Made by a program: the position numbers and the translations under genes. 64,000 nucleotides of DNA from the human T2T-CHM13v2.0 reference genome, Homo sapiens, in assembly GCF_009914755.1 (NCBI RefSeq), contig NC_060933.1; one strand, given 5' to 3'. Shown here in pieces: positions 1-13,600 of the stretch. A model generated the notes under the pieces. It ran no database searches. It worked only from the letters and a program-made list of their open reading frames with translations, and had not been told where the DNA came from. Within the stretch, counting starts at the first letter, position 1, and the number at the start of each line of letters is the position of its first letter.

Positions 1-242
1 TCCATTCCATTGCACTCGGGTTGATTCCATTCCATTGCATTCCTTTCCATTCCATTCAATTCCATTCCGTTCCATTCCATTCCATTACATTCGGATTGAT
101 TCTATTCAACTCCCTTACTCTCCATTACATTCCATTCCATTCGGGTTGTTCCATTCCTTTCCATTCCATTCCACTCCATTCCATTGCACTCGGGTTGATT
201 CCATTCCATTCCATTCCATTCCATTCCATTCCATTCCATTCC

Positions 243-257
243 ATTCCGGAAGATTCC
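243..257. promoter_or_regulatory. Perfect 3-unit heat-shock element aTTCc-gGAAg-aTTCc (representative of ~45 copies in the window)
   Basis: ATTCCGGAAGATTCC matches the HSF consensus of three alternating inverted nGAAn units. Other copies start at about 583, 1193, 2081, 3554, 4412, 9569, 10238, 10582, 11200, 12748 ... 61218, 61706, 63853. This is a motif match only; binding is not shown. Confidence 0.55.
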
Positions 258-3200
258 ATTCCATTGCATTCCGTTCCATTACATTCCCCTGCACTCGTGT
301 TGATTCCATTCCATTCCATTCCATTCCATTCGATTCCATTCCATTCCAATTCTTTCCATTCTTTTCTATTCCGTACCATTCCATTCCATTCCACACAATT
401 CCATTCCATTCCATTCCACTCCGTTCCGTTCCGTTCCGTTCCGTTCCATTCCATTCCATTCCATTCTATTCGGTTTAATTCCATTCCATTCCATTCCATT
501 CCATTCTATTCCATTCCATTGCAATCGAGTTGAATCCATTGCATTCCATTCCATTCCATTCCATTCCATTCCATTCCATTCCATTCCGGAAGATTCCATT
601 CCATTGCATTGCATTCCATGCCATTCCATTCCATTCCATTCCATTCCATTGTACTCGGGTTGATTCCATTCCATTGCATTCCATTCCATTCCATTCCATT
701 CCATTCCATTCCATTCCGTTCCATTCCATTTCATTACATTCAGATTGATTCTATTCAATTACCTTACACTCCATTATATTCCAATCCATTCTGGTTGTTT
801 CCATTCCACTCCATTCCATTACACTCGGGTTTATTCCATTCCATTCCATTCCATTCCATTCCATTCCGGATGATTCCATTCCATTGCATTCCGTTCCATT
901 ACATTCCCCTGCACTCGCGTTGATTCCATTCCATTCCATTCAATTCCATTCCATTACAATTCGTTCCGTTCCATTCTATTCCGTACCATTCCATTCCATT
1001 CCATACCATTCCATTCCATTCCATTCCATTCCATTCCGTTCCATTCCGTTCCATTCCATTCCATTGCATTCTATTTGGGTTAATCCTATTCCATTCCATT
1101 CCATTCCATTCCATTCCATTCCATTCTATTCCATTCCATTGCAATCGAGTTGAATCCATTGCATTTCATTCCATTCCATTACATTCCATTCCATTCCGGA
1201 AGATTCCATTCCATTGCATTCCATTCCATTCCATTCCACTGCACTCGCGTTGATTCCATTCCATTCCATTCCATTCCATTCCATTCCATTCCATTCCATT
1301 CCGTTCCGTTCCGTTCCATTCCATTCCATTCCATGCCATTCCGTTCGGTTCCATTCCATTCCATTCCATTCCATTCCATTCTATTCGGGTTAATTCCATT
1401 CCATTCCATTCGATTGCAATCGAGTTGATTCCATTCCATTCCATTCCATTCCATTCCATTCCATTCCATTCCATTCCTTTCCATTCCATTACGGATGATT
1501 CCATTCCATTGCATTCCATTCCATTCCATTCCCCTGTACTCGGGTTGATTCCATTCCATTCTATTCCAATCCATGCCATTCCACTCGTGTTGATTCCATT
1601 CTTTCCATTCCATTCAAGTTGAATCCATTCCATTGCATTCCATTCCATTCGATTCCATTCGATTGCACTCGGGTTGATTCCATTCCATTGCATTCCATTC
1701 CATTCCATTCCATTCCATTCCATTCCATTCCGTTCCATTCCATTCCATTACATTCGGATTGATTCTATTCAATTCCCGTACACTCCATTGCATTCCATTC
1801 CATTGGGGTAGTTTCCATTCCACTCCATTCCATTCCTCTCCATTCCATTGCACTCGGGTTGATTCCATTCCATTGCATTCCATTCCATTCCATTCCATTC
1901 CATTCCGTTCCATTACATTCCATTACATTCGTTTTGATTCTATTCAACTCCCTTACTCTCCATTACATTCCATTCCATTCGGGTTGTTCCATTCCATTGC
2001 ATTCCATTCCACTCCATTCCATTGCACTCGTGTTTATTCCATTCCATTCCATTCCATTCCATTCCATTCCATTCCATTCCATTCCGGAAGATTCCATTCC
2101 ATTGCATTCCATTCCATTCCATTCCCCTGCACTCAGATGGATTCCATTCCATTCAATTCCATTCCTTTCCGTTCCATTCCATTCCATTCCATTCCATTCC
2201 AATCCATTCCATTCCGTTCCTTTCCGTTCCATTCCATTCCATTCCATTCTATTCGGGTTAATTCCATTCCAATCCATTCGATTGCAGTCGAGTTGATTCC
2301 ATTCGATTCCATTCCATTCCATTCCATTCCTTTCCATTACATTACGGATGATTCCATTCCATTGCATTCCATTCCATTCCATTACCCTGTACTCGGGTTG
2401 ATTCCATTCCATTCCATTCCATTCCAATCCATGCCATTCCACTCGTGTTGATTCCATTCTTTCCATTCCATTCAAGTTGAATCCATTCCATTGCATTCCA
2501 TTCCATTCCATTCCCCTGCAGTCGGGTTGATTCCATTCCATTCCATTCCATTCCATTCCGGATGATTCCATTCCATTGCCTTCCATTCCATTCCAATCCC
2601 CTGCACTCGGGTTGATTCCATTCCATTCCACTCCATTGCGTTCCATTCCATTCCATTCCATTGTATTCGGGTTAATTCCATTCCATTCCATTCCATTCCA
2701 TTCCATTCCATTCCATTACAATCGAGTTGATTCCATTCCATTCCATTCCATTCCAGTCCTTTCCATTCCATTCCACTCGGGTTGATTCCATTCTATTAGT
2801 TTCCCTTCCATTCCATTCCCTTCCATTCCACTCTGGTTGATTCCATTCCTTTCCATTCCACTCGAATACATTCCCTCCTATTCCACTCGGAACGATTCCA
2901 TTCCATTCCATTCCATTCCATTCCATTACATTACATTACATTTCGTTGCATTCCATTCTATTCCGTATCATTCCATTCCATTCCATTCCATTCCATTCCA
3001 TTCCATTGTACTCGGGTTGATTCCATTCCATTGCATTCCATTCCATTCCATTCCATTCCATTCCATTCCGTTGCATTCCATTCCATTACATTCGGATTGA
3101 TTCTATTCAAGTCCCTTACTCTCCATTACGTTCCATTCCATTCGGGTTGTTCCATTCCATTCCATTCCATTCCACTCCATTGCATTGCACTCGGGTTGAT

Positions 3201-6200
3201 TCCATTCCATTCCATTCCAGTCCATTACATTCCGGATGATTCCATTCCATTGCATTCCGTTCCATTACATTCCCCTGCTCTCGCGTTGATTCCATTCCAT
3301 TCCATTCCATTCCATTCAATTCCATTCCATTACAATTCGTTCCATTCCATTCTATTCCGTACCATTCCATTCCATTCCATACCATTCCATTCCATTCCAT
3401 TCCATTCCATTCCGTTCCATTCCGTTCCATTCCATTCAATTCCATTCTATTCGGATTAATTCCATTCCATTCCATTCCATTCCATTCTATTCCATTCCAT
3501 TGCAATCGAGTTGAATCCATTGCATTTCATTCCATTCCATTCCATTCCATTCCATTCCGGAAGATTCCATTCCATTGCATTCCATTCCATTCCATTCCCC
3601 TGCACTCGCGTTGATTCCATTCCATTCCATTCCATTCCATTCCATTCCGTTCCGTTCCATTCCATTCCATTCCATTCCATTCCATTCCATTCAGTTCCGT
3701 TCCATTCCATTCCATTCCATTCTATTCGTGTTAATTCCATTCCATTCCATTCGATTGCAATCGAGTTGATTCCATTCCATTCCATTCCATTCCATTCCAT
3801 TCCTTTCCATTCCATTCCATTCCTTTCCATTCCATTACGGATGATTCCATTCCATTTCATTCCATTCCATTCCATTCCCCTGTACTCGGGTTTATTCCAT
3901 TCCATTCCATTCCAATCCATGCCATTCCACTCGTGTTGATTCCATTCTTTCCATTCCATTCAAGTTGAATCCATTCCATTGCATTCCATTCCATTCGATT
4001 CCATTCGATTGCACTCGTGTTGATTCCATTCCATTGCATTCCATTCCATTCCATTCCATTCCATTACATTCCGTTCCATTCCAGTCCATTACATTCCAAT
4101 TGATTCTATTCAATTCCCTTACACTCCGTTACATTCCATTCCATTCGGGTAGTTTCAATTCCATTCCATTCCATTCCTCTCCATTCCATTGCACTCGGGT
4201 TGATTCCATTCCATTGCATTACATTCCATTCCATTCAATGCCATTCCGTTCCATTCCATTCCATTACATTCGGATTGACTCTATTCAACTCCCTTACTCT
4301 CCATTACATTCCATTACATTCGGGTTGTTCCATTCCATTCCATTCCATTCCACTCCATTCCATTGCACTCGGGTTGATTCCATTCCATTCCATTCCATTC
4401 CATTCCATTCCATTCCGGAAGATTCCATTCCATTGCATTCCATTCCATTCCATTCCATTCCTCTGCACTCGCGTTGATTCCATTCCATTCCATTCTATTC
4501 CATTCCATTCCCTTCCTTTCCGTTCCATTCCATTCCATTCCATTCCATTCCATTCCGTTCCGTTGCATTCCATTCCATTCCATTCTATTCGGGTTAATTC
4601 CATTCCATTCCATTCGATTGCAATCGAGTTGATTCCATTCCATTCCATTCCATTCCATTCCATTCCATTCCATTACGGATGATTCCATTCCATTGCATTC
4701 CATTCCATTCCATTCCCCTGTACTCGGGTTGATTCCATTCCATTCCATTCAAATCCATGCCATTCCTCTCGTGTTGATTCCATTCTTTCCATTCCATTCA
4801 AGTTGAATCCATTCCATTGCATTCCATTCCATTCGATTCCATTCGATTGCGCTCGGGTTGATTCCATTCCATTGCATTCCATTCCATTCCATTCCATTCC
4901 ATTCCATTCCATTCCATTCCGTTCCATTCCATTTCATTACATTCAGATTGATTCTATTCAATTCCCTTACACTCCATTATATTCCAATCAATTCTGGTTG
5001 TCTCCATTCCATTCCATTCCATTTCACTCCATTCCATTGCACTCGGGTTGATTCCATTCCATTCCATTGCATTCCATTCCATTCCATTCCATTCCATTCC
5101 ATTCCGGATGATTCCGTTCCATTGCATTCCATTCCATTCCATTCCCCTGCACTCCAGTTGATTTCATTCCATTCCATTCCATTACATTCCCTTCCATTCC
5201 ATTCCATTCCATTCGGATTGATTCTATTCATTTCCCTTACACTCCATTACATTCCATTCCATTCGGGTATTTTCCATTCCATTCCATTCCATTCCTCTCC
5301 ATTCCATTGCACTCGGGTTGATTCCATTCCATTCCATTCCATTCCAATCCATTACATTACATTCCATTCCATTCCTTTCCATTGTACTCGGGTTGATTCC
5401 ATTCCATTGCATTCCATTCCATTCCATTCCATTCCATTCCATTCCGTTCCATTCCAAAACATTCGGATTGATTCTATTCAACTCCCTTACTCTCCATTAC
5501 ATTCCATTCCATTCGGGTTGTTCCATTCCATTCCATTCCATTCCACTCCATTCCATTGCACTCGGGTTGATACCATTCCATTCCATTCCATTCCATTCCA
5601 TTCCATTCCATTCCATTCCGTTCCATTGTACTCGGGTTGATTCCATTCCGTTGCATTCCATTCCATTCCATTCCCCTGCACTCGCGTTGATTCCATTCCA
5701 TTCCATTCCATTCCATTCCATTCCATTCCATTCCTTTCCGTTCCATTCCATTCTATTCGGGTTAATTCCATTCCATTCCATTCGACTGCAATCGAGTTGA
5801 GTCCATTCCATTCCATTCCATTCCATTCCATTCCATTCCTTTCCATTCCATTACGGATGATTCCATTCCATTGCATTCCATTCCATTCCTTTCCCCTGTA
5901 TTCGGGTTGATTCCATTCCATTCCATTCCAATCCATGCCATTCCACTCGTGTTGATTCCATTCTTTCCTTTCCATTGAAGTTGAATCCATTCCATTGCAT
6001 TCCATTCCATTCGATTCCATTCGATTGCACTCGGGTTGATTCAATTCCATTGCATTCCATTCCATTCAATTCCATTCCATTCCATTCCGTTCCATTCCAT
6101 TTCATTACATTCAGATTGATTCTATTCAATTCCCTTACAGTCCATTATATTCCAATCCATTCTGGTTGTCTCCATTCCATTCCATTCCATTTCACTCCAT

Positions 6201-9079
6201 TCCGTTGCACTCAGGTTGATTCCATTCCATTCCATTCCATTGCATTCCATTCCATTCCTTTCCGTTGCATTCCATTCCATTACATTCGGATTGATTCTAT
6301 TCAACTCCCTTACTCTCCATTACATTCCATTCCATTCGGGTTCTTCCATTCCATTCCATTCCATTCCACTCCATTCCATTGCACTCGGGTTGATTCCATT
6401 CCATTCCATTCCATTCCATTCCATTCCATTCCGGATGATTCCATTCCATTGCATTCCTTTCCATTACATTCCCCTGCTCTCGCGTTGATTCCATTCCATT
6501 CCATTCCATTCCATTCCATTCCATTGCAATCCAGTTGATTCCATTCCATTCCATTCAATTCCGGATGATTCCATTCCATTGCATTCCGTTCCATTACATT
6601 CCCCTGCACTCGGGTTGATTCCATTCCATTCCTTTCCATTCCATTCGATTCCATTCCATTCCCCTGCACTCGCGTTGATTCCATTCCATTCCATTCCATT
6701 CCATTCCATTCCATTCCATTCTATTCCTTTCCGTTCCATTCCATTCCATTGCATTCCATTCCGTTCCGTTCCATTCCATTCCATTCCATTCTATTCGGGT
6801 TAATTCCATTCCATTCCATTCGATTGCAATCGAGTTGATTCCTTTCCATTCCATTCCATTCCATTCCATTCCAGTCCTTTCCATTCCTTTCCATTCCATT
6901 ACTGATGATTCCATTCCATTGCATTCCGTTCCATTCCATTCCCCTGTACTCGGGTTGATTCCATTCCATTCCATTCCAATCCATGCCATTCCACTCGTGT
7001 TGATTCCATTCTTTCCTTTCCATTGAAGTTGAATCCATTCCATTGCATTCCATTCCTTTCCATTCCATTCCGTTCCATTCCATTTCATTACATTCAGATT
7101 GATTCTATTCAATTCCCTTACACTCCATTATATTCCAATCCATTCTGGTTGTTTCCATTCCATTCCATTCCATTTCACTCCATTCCATTACACTCGGGTT
7201 GATTCCATTCCATTCCATTCCATTGCATTCCATTCCATTCCATTCCGGATGATTCCATTCCATTGCATTCCATTCCATTCCATTCCCCTGCACTCGTGTT
7301 GATTCCATTCCATTCCATTCCATTACATTCCGTTCCATTCCATTCCATTCCGTTCAGATTGATTCTATTCAATTCCCTTACACTCCATTATATTCCATTC
7401 CTTTCGGGTAGTTTCCATTCCATTCCATTCCATTCCTCTCCATTCCATTGCACTCGGGTTGATTCCATTCCATTCCATTCCATTCCATTCCATTACATTC
7501 CATTACATTCCATTACATTCCGTTCCATTGTACTCGGGTTGATTCCATTCCATTGCACTCCATTCCATTCCATTCCATTCCATTCCATTCCATTCAATTC
7601 CGTTCCATTCCATTACATTCGGATTGATTCTATTCAACTCCCTTACTCTCCATTACATTCCATTCCATTCCATTCCGGATGATTCCATTCCACTGCATTC
7701 CGATCCATTACATTCCCCTGCACTCAGGTTGATTCCATTCCATTCCATTCCATTCCATTCCATTCGATTCCATTCCATTCCAATTCTTTCCATTCCATTC
7801 TATTCCGTACCATTCCATTCCATTCCATACAATTCCATTCCATTGCATTCCATTCCATTCCGTTCCATTCCATTCCATTCCATTCCATTCCATTCCATTC
7901 CATTCCGTTCCGTTCCATTCCATTCCATTCCATTCTATTCGCGTTAATTCCATTCCATTCCATTCGATTGCAATCGAGTTGATTCCATTCCATTCCATTC
8001 CATTCCATTCCATTCCATTCCATTCCATTCCTTTTCATTCCATTACTGATGATTCCATTCCATTGCATTCCATTCCATTCCATTCCCCTGTACTCGGGTT
8101 GATTCCATTCCATTGCATTCCAATCCATGCCATTCCACTCGTGTTGATTCCATTCTTTCCATTCCATTCAATTGAATCCATTCCATTTCCTTCCATTCCA
8201 TTCCATTCCCCTGCAGTCGGGTTGATTCCATTCCATTCCATTCCATTCCATTCCATTCCATTCCATTCCATTCCGTTCCGTTCCATTCCATTCCATTCCA
8301 TTCTATTCGGGTTAATTCCATTCCATTCCATTCCATTCCTTTCCAATAGAGTTGATTCCATTCCATTCCATTCCATTCCATTCCACTCCATTCCAGTCCT
8401 TTCCATGCCATTCCACTCGGGTTGATTCCAATGTATTCCTTTCCATTCCATTCCATTCCATTGCAATCGAGTTGATTCCATTGCTTTGCATTCCATTCCA
8501 TTCCATTCCATTCCGGATGATTCCATTCCATTGCATTCCATTCCATTCCATTCCCCTGCCCTCAGGTTGATTCCATTCCATTCTACTCCATTCCGTTCCA
8601 TTCCATTCCATTCCATTGTATTCGGGTTAATTCCATTCCATTCCATTCCATTGCATTCCAATCCATTCCATTACAGTCGAGTTGATTCCATTCCATTCCA
8701 TTCCATTCCAGTCCTTTCCATTCCATTCCACTCGGGTTGATTCCATTCTATTAGTTTCCATTCCATTCCATTCCCTTCCATTCCACTCTGGTTGATACAA
8801 TTCCTTTCCATTCCACTCGAACACATTCCCTCCTATTCCACTCGGAACGATTCCATTCCATTCCATTCCATTCCATTCCATTCCATTCCATTCCATTTCA
8901 TTCCATTTCATTTCGTTCCATTCCATTCTATTCCGTATCATTCCATTTCATTCCATTCCATTTCATTCCATTCCATTCCATTCCATTCCATTGTACTCGG
9001 GTTGATTCCATTCCATTGCATTCCATTCCATTCCATTCCATTCCATTCCATTCCATTCCGTTGCATTCCTTTCCATTAC

Positions 9080-10620
9080 ATTCGGATTGATTCTATTCAT
9101 CTCCCTTACTCTCCATTACATTCCATTCCATTCGGGTTGTTCCATTCCATTCCATTCCATTCCACTCCATTCCATTGCACTCGGGTTGATTCCATTCCAT
9201 TCCATTCCATTCCATTCCATTCCATTCCGGATGATTCCATTCCATTGCATTCCGTTCCATTACATTCCCCTGCACTCGGGTTGATTCCATTCCATTCCAT
9301 TCCATTCCATTCGATACCATTCCATTCCAATTCTTTCCATTCCATTCTATTCCGTACCATTCCATTCCATTCCATACAATTCCATTCCGTTCCATTCCAC
9401 TCCGTTCCGTTCCGTTCCGTTCAGTTCCGTTCCATTCCATTCCATTCCATTCTATTCGGTTTAATTCCATTCCATTCCATTCCATTCCATTCCATTCTAT
9501 TCCATTCCATTGCAATCGAGTTGAATCCATTGCATTCCATTCCATTCCATTCCATTCCATTCCATTCCATTCCGGAAGATTCCATTCCATTGCATTCCAT
9601 TCCATTCCATTCCATTCCATTCCATTGCATTCCATTCCATTCCATTCCATTGTACTCGGGTGGATTCCATTCCATTGCATTCCATTCCATTCCAATCCAT
9701 TCCATTCCATTCCATTCCGTTCCATTCCTTTCCATTCCATTCGGATTGATTCTTTTAAACTCCCTTACTCTCCATTATATTCCATTCCATTCGGGTTGTT
9801 CCATTCCATTCCATTCCATTCCACTCCATTCCATTGCACTCGGGTTGATTCCATTCCATTCCATTCCATTCCATTCCGGATGATTCCATTCCATTGCATT
9901 CCGTTCCATTACATTCCCCTGCACTCGGGTTGATTCCATTCCATTCCATTCCATTCCATTCCATTCCATTCCATTCCATTCCAATTCTTTCCATTCCATT
10001 CTATTCCGTACCATTCCATTCCATTCCATACAATTCCATTCCATTCCATTCCGTTCCGTTCCGTTCCGTTCTGTTCCGTTCCATTCCATTCCATTCCATT
10101 CTATTCGGTTTAATTCCATTCCATTCCATTCCATTCCATTCCATTCCATTCCATTCTATTCCATTCCATTGCAATCGAGTTGAATCCATTGCATTCCATT
10201 CCATTCCATTCCATTCCTTTCCATTCCATTCCATTCCATTCCGGAAGATTCCATTCCATTGCATTCCATTCCATTCCATTCCATTCCATTCCATTCCATT
10301 GCATTCCATTCCATTGTACTCGGGTTGATTCCATTCTATTGCATGCCATTCCATTCCATTCCATTCCATTCCATTCCATTCCGTTCCATTCCATTCCATT
10401 CCATTCCATTCCGTTCCATTCCATTCCATTACATTCGGATTGATTCTTTTCAACTCCCTTACTCTCCTTTACATTCCATTCCATTCGGGTTGTTCCATTC
10501 CATTCCATTCCATTCCACTCCATTCCATTGCACTCGGGTTGATTCCATTCCATTCCATTCCATTCTATTCCATTCCATTCCATTCCGGAAGATTCCATTC
10601 CATTGCATTCCGTTCCATTC
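9080..10620 (+). repeat. ~0.67 kb diverged tandem sub-repeat (about 2.3 copies)
   Basis: The module order ggattgattc..cccttactc / gggttgttcc / ccggatg / ccaattcttt / ccatacaatt / cggtttaatt / gagttgaatcc / ccggaag restarts at ~9085, ~9745 and ~10437. Confidence 0.6.
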
Positions 10621-13600
10621 CATTCCCCTACACTCACGTTGATTCCATTCCATTCCATTCTATTCCATTCCATTCCCTTCCTTTCCGTTCCATTCCATTC
10701 CATTCCATTCCATTCCATTCCCCTGTACTCGGGTTGATTCCATTCCATTCCATTCCAATCCATGCCATTCCACTCGTGTTGATTCCATTCTTTCCATTCC
10801 ATTCAAGTTGAATCCATTCCATTGCATTCCATTCCATTCCATTCCATTCCATTCCATTCCATTCCGTTCCATTCCATTCCATTACATTCGGATTGATTCT
10901 ATTCAATTCCCTTACACTCCATTACATTCCATTCCATTCGGGTAGTTTCCATTCCATTCCATTCCATTCCTCTCCATTCCATTGAACTCGGGTTGATTCC
11001 ATTCCATTGCATTCCATTCCATTCCATTCAATTCCATTCCGTTCCATTCCATTCCATTACATTCGGATTGATTCTATTCAACTCCCTTACTCTCCATTAC
11101 ATTCCATTCCATTCGGGTTGTTCCATTCCATTCCATTCCATTCCACTCCATTCCATTGCACTCGGGTTGTTTCCATTCCATTCCATTCCATTCCATTCCA
11201 TTCCGGAAGATTCCATCCCATTGCATTCCATTCCATTCCATTCCCCTGCACTCGCGTTGATTCCATTCCATTCCATTCTATTCCATTCCATTCCCTTCCT
11301 TTCCGTTCCATTCCATTCCATTCCATTCCATTCCATTCCGTTCCATTCCATTCCATTCCATTCCATTCTATTCGGGTTAATTCCATTCCATTCCATTCGA
11401 TTGCAATCGAGTTGATTCCATTCCATTCCATTCCATTCCATTCCTTTCCATTCCATTACGGATGATTCCACTCCATTGCATTCCATACCATTCCATTCCC
11501 CTATACTCGGGTTGATTCCATTCCATTCCATTCCAATCCATGCCATTCCACTCGTGTTGATTCCATTCTTTCCACTCCATTCAAGTTGAATCCATTCCAT
11601 TGCATTCCATTCCATTCGATTCCATTCGATTGCACTCGGGTTGATTCCATTCCATTGCATTGCATTCCATTCCATTACATTCCATTCCATTCCGTTCCAT
11701 TCCATTTCATTACATTCAGATTGATTCTATTCAATTCCCTTACACTCCATTATATTCCAATCCATTCTGGTTGTCTCCATTCCATTGTATTCCATTTCAC
11801 TCCATTCCATTGCACTCGGGTTGATTCCATTCCATTCCATTCCATTGCATTCCATTCCATTCCATTCCGGATGATACCATTCCATTGCTTTCCATTCCAT
11901 TCCATTCCCCTGCACTCGGGTTGATTCCATTCCATTCCATTACATTACATTCCGTTCCATTCCATTCCATTCCATTCGGATTGATTCTATTCAATTCCCT
12001 TACACTCCATTCCGTTCCATTCCATTCGGGTAGTTTCCATTCCATTCCATTCCATTCCTCTCCATTCCATTGCACTCGGGTTGATTCCATTCCATTCCAT
12101 TCCATTCCATTCCATTCCATTCCATTCCATTACATTCCATTCCGTTCCATTGTACTCGGGTTGATTCCATTCCATTGCATTCCATTCCATTGCATTCCAT
12201 TCCATTCCATTCCATTCCATTCCATTCCGTTCCATTCCATTACATTCGGATTGATTCTATTCAACTCCCTTACTCTCCATTACATTCCATTCCATTCGGG
12301 TTGTTCCATTCCATTCCATTCCATTCCACTCCATTCCAGTGTGCTCAGGTTGATTCCATTCCATTCCATTCCATTCCATTCCATTCCATTCCGGATGATT
12401 CCATTCCATTGCATTCCGTTCCATTACATTCCCCTGCACTCGGGTTGATTCCATTCCATTCCATTCCATTCCATTCCATTCCATTCCATTCCATTCCATT
12501 CCATTCCAATTCTTTCCATTCCATTCTATTCCGTACCATTCCATTCCATTCCATACAATTCCATTCCATTCCATTCCACTCCGTTCCGTTCCGTTCCGTT
12601 CTGTTCCTTTCCATTCCATTCCATTCCATTCTATTCGGTTTAATTCCATTCCATTCCATTCCATTCCAGTCCATTCTATTCCATTCCATTGCAATCGAGT
12701 TGAATCCATTGCATTCCATTCCAATCCATTCCATTCCATTCCATTCCATTCCGGAAGATTCCATTCCATTGCATTCCATTCCATTCCATTCCATTCCATT
12801 CCATTCCATTCCATTGTACTCGGGTTGATTCCATTCCATTACATTCCATTCCATTCCATTCCATTCCATTCCATTCCATTCCGTTCCATTCCATTCCATT
12901 ACTTTCGGATTGATTCTTTTCAACTCCCTTACTCTCCATTACATTCCATTCCATTCGGGTTGTTCCATTCCATTCCATTCCATTCCACTCCATTCCATTG
13001 CACTCGGGTTGATTCCATTCCATTCCATTCCATTCTATTCCATTCCATTCCATTCCCGAAGATTCCATTCCATTGCATTCCATTCCATTCCATTCTTCTG
13101 CACTCACGTTGATTCCATTCCATTCCATTCCATTCCATTCCATTCCATTCCATTCCATTCCTTTCCATTCCATTACGGATGATTCCATTCCATTGCATTC
13201 CATTCCATTCCATTCCCCTGTACTCGGGTTGATTCCATTCCATTCCATTCCAATCCATGCCATTCCACTCGTGTTGATTCCATTCTTTCCATTCCATTCA
13301 AGTTGAATCCATTCCATTGCATTCCATTCCATTCCATTCCATTCCATTCCATTCCATTCCGTTCCATTCCATTCCATTCCATTCCATTCCATTCCATTCC
13401 ATTGTACTCGGGTTGATTCCATTCCATTGCATTCCATTCCATTCCATTCCATTCCATTCCATTCCGTTCCATTCCATTCCATTACATTCGGATTGATTCT
13501 ATTCAATTCCCTTACACTCCATTACATTCCATTCCATTCGGGTAGTTTCCATTCCATTCCATTCCATTCCTCTCCATTCCATTGAACTCGGGTTGATTCC

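Noticed and set aside
81-120. DUX4-like site in ggattgattctattcaa / tgattccatt
   Set aside because: It does not match the TAAYYYAATCA consensus adequately, and DUX4 activation is documented mainly for HSATII.
2861-2900. ctcgaatacattccctcctattccactcggaacg as a foreign insert or an HSE
   Set aside because: It keeps the 5-bp register and reads as diverged pentamers. Its GAA triplets are not spaced correctly relative to the flanking TTC for an HSE.
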